Below are positions 50,234 through 59,015 of a stretch of 59,015 bases of DNA, piece by piece; position 1 is the stretch's first letter; each line of letters begins with the position of its first letter. The DNA is from Peribolospora baueri. Taxonomy: Eukaryota. Made by a program: the position numbers and the translations under genes. The stretch lies in assembly GCA_029717555.1 (NCBI GenBank), contig JAMDHS010000007.1, forward strand, positions 372,001 to 431,015. The letters run 5' to 3'. Below the pieces are notes generated by a model, which saw only the letters and a program-made list of their open reading frames with translations, had not been told where the DNA came from and made no database searches.

Positions 50234-50661
50234 CTTGACAGCACAGGATGAAATGAAGCGAAGAGGGGGTCTAACGACTCTATGAAGAGGTTGCCTGGCG
50301 AGGAAGGAGAGGGTCATGAACCTGTATCCGTATGAGCTGGCCAGCTGAAACGGTAGTGGTTAAAAGTTGACCGCACGTTCCGTTCCCTCCCCGGCGCTTG
50401 CCTCTGACTTCTGACTGATGGAGCTCTTACGTTCCGATCGACGACTGCCGTCTCGGCCGGGCACCGGAGATATCGCGCCTGTGGGGTTCGCCCGAGCTGC
50501 CGAGCATCCGAGCTTGCGACTCTGCCGCCCACGTGAGAGGAACACGAGCGAGCGCCTCGGATACGATCAAAGCCTGCGTCCGCCGGCCAACACCATCTCG
50601 CTCTTCCTCTTGATTCTTTTCGTTCGGACCAGCATACGAGGGCCAAAGGACTTCTCACAAC

Positions 50662-51933
50662 ATGCTGGTGCTCGTCATTGGAGATTTTCACATCCCTTAC
50701 CGGTGCGTAGGGACCGGATGCAGCGGCACTTGACCGGGCCGCGAGCGACCCCGGTCGAGTCGGTTGGATGGATGTCGCCGGCGTCGTCTCTGCCGCACCT
50801 TTCGATCGCGTCGGCGAGGTGGAAGACGGTAGTGGCGCTGACGACGTGTCGTCACCCCTCTTTTCCTCTATCCTTCCGCTCTCTCTTTCTTTGCCGCACT
50901 CAGATGTCACGATCTCCCGGCCAAGTTTAAGAAGCTTCTGGTGAGCGTTGGCGCCCCTCCTCGATCCATGGCTCTCGTCCTCGTGCAGCAGCTATCCTTG
51001 GTGAAGGACTGGCGAATGCTTGGTCTTCTAAAAACTCTACCGCTCGCTTCTCCCCTCCACTTGATGCCCACCCTATTCCTCATACACCCTCCCAGGTCCC
51101 CGGAAAAATCCAACAGATTATCTGTACGGGTAACGTATGCGACCGGGAGACGTACGAGTACCTCCGCACTATTGCTCCGGACGTGCACGTCGTTAAGGGG
51201 GACTATGACGAGGTAATTTGATTGGGAACATGTTTGGTTTGCCCCATTTTGCACGAGCCGTCACGTTACGTCGGTCGTTCGCGTGGTTCAAGGTTTCGTC
51301 GTGCTTGACGTGACGTTCACACCGCTCTTTCTCACCCGGCCTTGCCGATCAGAACGCGGCTTTCCCCCCTTCTCTCCTAATCCAACATCAGCCTCTCCGA
51401 ATCGGCGTCCTCCATGGCCACCAAGCCGTTCCCGTAGGCGACACCGAGGCCCTCTCCGCTCTCGCTCGGCAAATGGACGCAGACGTGCTCCTCACCGGCC
51501 ACACCCATCGCTTCGAGGCGTTCGAGTTCGATGGCCGCTTCTTCGTCAATCCCGGAAGCGCCACCGGCGCTTGGAGCGGGTACTGGAGCGGGTGAGTTGG
51601 GAGGCCAGGAAGCGTGCCGCCGCCCTGGACGCACCAGGTTGGCCCTCCAATTAACATTGCACACGCACCACCTTGTCGTCCCGTCTCCCTCCTCCTGGCA
51701 GCCCCGACCCGACACCCTCCTTCGCGTTGATGGACATCCAGGGACCCGTGGTGGTTACCTACGTCTACCAGCTGATCGAAGGAGAAGTGAAGGTAGAGAA
51801 GATCGAGTACCGCAAGAACGTCGAGGGCGCCTCGTCCAACATGACTTCAGGCGCGTTCGGTGGCGGCGTCGGCGCGGGCGTGGGTGTTGGCGGTGCAGGG
51901 CAGGGCATATCGGCATCTGCTGGAGCAGGCTAG
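50662..51933 (+). CDS. VPS29: Retromer subunit Vps29
   Basis: [42 protein letters not shown]..., [30 protein letters not shown] and [10 protein letters not shown]. Confidence 0.97.
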
Positions 51934-52313
51934 AGAGCTGAAGGAGGCCGGTCTCCTCGTCGTGCATCGCGAAGGTGTGGTTTGGCGTGACACCTCTTGG
52001 AAGCCGTTCGTGAAACGGTGGACGAGGGAGCGCTGGCACACTAATTCGAAGCTTGAATGTATACCGTTTCTCCTTGCCCTTTTCGATCTCGAGAGCTGGG
52101 CCGCTTCAAAAGCCAATCCGCGAAGCACACCGGAAGTAATCGAAAGTGCAACTGCATCTGCAAACTACTTCATCGTCCAGTCTACTACGTCACATCGAGC
52201 AGAACAAGTCCTCAGCTAGCCTTTGCGGAGTCTGATTCTCTCATCTCCGCCACCGTCCCCAGCCCTTTGCATCAAGCGAGAGAAGATGTCCGTCGCCTCC
52301 CCACTGTTACCGT

Positions 52314-53277
52314 TTATTCCTCGACGGGAACGTTAACCTTGGGGTTGAAGAAGAGGCTCTGCATGCCCCAGGGGAAGGGCTGACGGAGAGAGGAATCCAA
52401 AGACGCACATCAGTCCATGTCAGTTCGCGTCGAACCTTGCAAGCGTCATCGCCGACTGTAGGCTGCTCATCCAGATGCCGCACTTCCGACCGCCGCGGGC
52501 GCGCCCTTCCCTCCATCCGGATCATGAGCATTGACAATGACAACCCTTCATCAAGCCCAAATATCCCCATCCCATCTGGTTTCCGGTGTGAACCCACCTT
52601 CTCCCTCTTGTTCATGTAAGGGTACATGACCTTCTCCGGAAGCTCGCCATCGTTCTCATTCTTGACGTGCTCGAGGTGCTCGTGGTGCTCGCCCTCCAGC
52701 TTGCGCACCCAGGCGTAAGCGACAATGGCGCCAGGGATGCAGACGTAGAAGGAGACCTTCCTCCACATGTCCGAGGACTCTGCGGGAATGAAAACGATCG
52801 AGCGAGCGCGGCCGAGAAAGAGGACGTGATCAGCGGTCGACAAACGTAAATCTTGCACGTCAGATTAAAGTCTTTCTCCCGTCCTATCTTTCCCTGACCA
52901 CCACATCGTGCCCACATCGCCTCGGCCATCGGCCTTCTCGACAGCTCCAGACAGTCACTTCGGACCGCTCGTCCCTGGACGAATCCGATCATCCATTCCT
53001 CCTCTCCCCTTCATTTGCTCCAGTCGCTTGGCTCTCCAAGGGACTACCGTCATTGTGCACGCTATTCCTCTCCGCATCTCCCTCTACTCTCGGTCTTGAC
53101 GATTTACTCACTCGCAGCATGGTGCTTGATGCTCTGCCTCTCAGAGATGAACTCGGTGCCAGGGGCCGCCTCCGCGGCGGTGGCGGCGGTGCGGCGCTGG
53201 ATGACCGATCGGCCGGTCTGAGCCTGAAGCTGGCGGGCGGTGGAGCGGAGGGTGGTGGGGGCGAGGACGCGGTTCAT
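52314..53277 (-). CDS. COX13: Cytochrome c oxidase subunit VIa
   Basis: Arg/Thr-rich mitochondrial presequence, FISERQSIKHHAA|ESSDMWRKVSFYVCIPG, YPYMNKREK|PFPWGMQSLFFNPKVN. Confidence 0.95.
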
Positions 53278-53430
53278 TGTGTTTGCTGTGGTGTGGTCTA
53301 TTCCGACGAAGCTGATTCGTGTAGTCGTCCTGCGTTTGCTGCTCGATGATGCGACCGGTCGGTCGCCTTGCCGGGACGCGCCGAACCGCTGCGTGCCGAA
53401 GAAGCGACCGCACGCGGGCAACGTGGATGC

Positions 53431-53470
53431 CACGTGGATTCATCACGTGCAACTTATCTGCCATCACGTG
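53431..53470. promoter_or_regulatory. Cluster of three CACGTG E-boxes in the COX13/AAT divergent promoter
   Basis: CACGTG at 53431, 53444 and 53465, two preceded by AT; near-matches at about 53420 and 53549. Confidence 0.5.
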
Positions 53471-53707
53471 AAAGTTTCTTCCGGCCGGACCTAGCCGAGC
53501 TGGGAACCCCGCGTGATTGTGGGATGTCAAAAGTTGCATCCTTCCAGTCACGTAGATCACCGACGAGGCTCCTCCACCTCTGCCCCTGCCCAGCTCGGTC
53601 TCAACGGCCTCTTCCTCTTCCCCACCTCTCTTCGCACTCTCCGACTCTCTCCGTCGTACTCTCGCACCTAAGACATCCCCTCGCCCCCCACTCCTTGCAC
53701 TACCACC

Positions 53708-56213
<2,506 letters not shown>

Positions 56214-56734
56214 CGCCGCCCGTCATCGTTTACTAGAACCTTTCTCGAGTACATATCTAGAGAAACAAACTGGCCCGCTCGTTTCTTCTCGCGGACATAC
56301 TTGTGTGAACGCGAGGGGCGGTGCGGGGAATGTATCCTTAGCTTGCCCCTTTTCCCTTCGATTCTCACTTCGCCATACGCGCTCCCCTCCCATCTATCTT
56401 CCTCTCACCGAGTCTGAGTTCGATACCGAGTCCATCGGCTGTCCAGGTCTACGAGCCTTGAGCCTTCGTTCGCCTCACCCTTGCTGGGTTAGTTGGGCGT
56501 AGAAATGCACCTCGAGTTTCACATGGCGGGTTCTCGCGCACATGCGGTCGACCGGCTGGAGTACTCGGTGTGTAGCCTAGATAAGGAGAGAGTTCGCATA
56601 CTAGGAACGGGCGACGATAAATGAACGCGTCACGTACTGATCTCCTTCCGGCCTCGCCTGCATGCCTTTCGCTTTAAGTACGAATATCTCCCTTCCCTTA
56701 CAGCTGACCCCTCTCCACAAGACATATGCGAGAC

Positions 56735-56954
56735 TATGCGGATGTGGGAACGGAGCGGCCATGGCGGGGCAACGAGGGTGAACGTCACAGGTGCCCTTTC
56801 GACTCGCCTGAGACACCGACGGTCGTCCGATCGTTTGCAGGCCGCAGTCGCGAGCTTAAGGACCCAGGCTTTGCCGCAGCTTGTCACATGGCGTGCCGCA
56901 GTGGCCCTTTCATATGTTCACCCTCGTTGCCCGCTCCGGTCCCACATCCGCGTA
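56735..56954. repeat. Imperfect inverted repeat (MITE-like or hairpin element)
   Basis: Left arm 56735-56783 TATGCGGATGTGGGAACGGAGCGG(CCATGGCGGG)GCAACGAGGGTGAAC matches the reverse complement of right arm 56916-56954, TACGCGGATGTGGGACCGGAGCGGGCAACGAGGGTGAAC. Confidence 0.8.
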
Positions 56955-57170
56955 TGCTGGCGGCATGGTGGCTCGGAGATACGATAGTACGATGCTGTTC
57001 AGATAGAGACAGCTTGCGTACGCCAAACTAGATGAGATGGGCGTTGGACATAAACGCGCACACATGCTCGCGATAGTGACGGTTCCAGATCTGCCTCCTT
57101 GTCCTTGGAGCATCTCTCAGGTAGAGTCTGCTGTCGAGCGTCGTTCATCTGTGACAACATTATCTTCATC

Positions 57171-58707
57171 ATGTCGTCACTGGCCACCAGCGGCACCAAG
57201 CCCGAGGTGGAGACTCGGCTGTTCATCAACAATGAGGTGAGCGAGCACCGTCGACGACGGACGTTGCCTTGACTGAATGCACCGCCCCGCCTCCGCCCCT
57301 CCTCGGCAGTTCGTAGAGTCCATCTCGGGCAAGACGTTCCCAATCAAGAACCCCTACACCGGCCAAGTCACCGCCAACGTCTACGAGGCGGATGTGCCCG
57401 ACGTGGAGAGGGCCATCGACGCGGCCAAGGCCGCCTTCCCGTTGTGGTCCGAGGTTCCGGGGATGGGGCGCGGCAAGCTCTTGTACAAGCTCGCCGACCT
57501 AATCGAGGAGCACTTCGACGAATTTGCTTACCTCGACGCCATCTCCATGGGCGCGGCTGTGGGATACGCGGCTCCCTTTCTCATGGCCGCCGTCGGGCAT
57601 TTTCGCTACTTCGCCAGTCTGTCCGCCATCGTGCAAGGGACCACGTCGCTGAGCATGCCCGGCTTCCTCAACCTCACCCTTCGTCAGCCCTACGGCGTCA
57701 CCGCGGCCATCATTCCTTGGAACATGCCCATGATCATGATGGCAATCAAAATCGGACCGGCCATGGCGACGGGCAACACCATCGTCGCCAAGTCGTCCGA
57801 AAAGGCGCCCCTCTCGCCCTTGTTGCTGGCCAAGCTCGTCAAGCAGGCCGGCTTCCCCCCAGGAGTGATCAACATCATCTCCGGCTTTGGCGTGCCGGCC
57901 GGTCAGGCGCTCGCCGAGTCCATGGTCGTTCGCAGGCTCGCCTTCACCGGCTCGGTCAGGGCGGGCAGGCTGATCAAGGAGGCGGCCGTGCGGTCCAACA
58001 TGAAGCACGTCACGCTCGAGCTGGGCGGAAAGTCGCCCCTCGTTGTCTTTCCAGACGCGGACCTCAAGAAGGCCGTCCGGTGCGCCGTCATATCCATCTC
58101 TAGCATCGCCGGTCAGGTGTGCATGGCGTCGACGCGTGTATACGTGCACTCTTCCATCGCCGACGACTTTGTCAAAGCGTTCGCCGAGGTGCTCTCCGCC
58201 ATCAAGTCGGGCGACCCGCTCGACCCGACGACGGCCATGGGCCCCCTAGCGGACGAGGGGCAATTCGAGCACGTCAAACGCTTTCTCGAGACGGCCAAGC
58301 GCGACGGCCTCCGCATCGTCGTGGGCGGCGGAGCCGAAGAGCGACGTTTGACGGTGGAACCCACGATCGTGCGCGACGTGCCGGAGAAGCACGTCGTCCA
58401 GCAGCAAGAAATCTTCGGGCCCGTGGTGACGGTGAACACGTTTGATGAGGAGGAGGAGGTGCTGGCTCGGTGCAACGACACCGAGTACGGTCTCTACGCC
58501 TCCGTGTTCACAAAGGACATCAATCGGGCCATCCGTTTCGCCAAGGGCTTCGAAGCGGGCACCGTAGCCGTCAACGCGTCCTCTCCCACCGCCGCGTCGG
58601 ACATGCCCTTTGGGGGTTACAAGATGTCTGGAGACGGAAGAGACTGTTCCACGTCCGTCATCGACGATTGGACCGAGGCCAAGGCCGTGTTCATCGATAC
58701 AACCTGA
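57171..58707 (+). CDS. NAD(P)-dependent aldehyde dehydrogenase (one intron)
   Basis: ETRLFINNE|FVES, IIPWN, KSSEKAP, GFPPGVINIISG, FTGS, LELGGKS (Glu), GQVC (Cys), EIFGPV and PFGGYKMSG. Confidence 0.96.
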
Positions 58708-59015
58708 AGTCTTCTCTCTCGAACGTGTCTGTCTTGTCTCTCCATCGTCGTAGGAAGCCGAACGCGCGACAGGACACGAATCGCACAGGAATCGTCCAGA
58801 AATTGATCGCTTTCGTTCGTGGTCCAGAGATACCGCTCCGAACTGGGTTCCAACCGTCCGTTTCGGCTCGAAAAGAGACAAGGACGGAGGCGGGTAAACT
58901 GACGCGACTTCCCCGCCCCGATATTGCTAAATCGAGGATGAGATGAAATCGACTGGACGACGAGAACGGTTCCTTCTTTTTTTTTTTTTTTTTTTTTTTT
59001 TTTCCCCTTTTTTCT

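Noticed and set aside
58976..59002. Poly-T tract as a retroelement tail
   Set aside because: Similar A/T runs occur in introns and intergenic DNA throughout the window, and there is no adjacent retroelement sequence.

Overview
GC-rich, intron-dense fungal DNA. GT-AG introns with CTRAC-like branch points and the protein sequences suggest a basidiomycete yeast; this is inferred, not searched. About 20 spliced, mostly housekeeping genes are present: the 3' end of aspartyl-tRNA synthetase, RRP17, Sec61-gamma, a thiol/halide methyltransferase, SLX9, a membrane protein, a lysophospholipid acyltransferase, a CREG-like protein, a C2H2 protein, an STL1-like transporter, a secreted GMC oxidoreductase, THI5/NMT1, an OCH1-like GT32, phosphofructokinase, PEX5, a flavin-reductase-like protein, VPS29, COX13, aspartate aminotransferase and an aldehyde dehydrogenase. 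The strongest unexplained signal is a well-formed TPP-riboswitch aptamer (about 33724-33900, minus strand) inside an unusually long coding-region intron of THI5/NMT1. It has a long P3 arm, an extended P1, a candidate alternative donor and an early in-frame stop. Other leads are a probable collapsed NRT2 nitrate-transporter pseudogene, a PTS2-like extension on aspartate aminotransferase, a ~220-nt inverted repeat upstream of an intron-poor ALDH, and a 5-nt micro-exon in Sec61-gamma. Exon boundaries were read by eye and may be off by a few bases.
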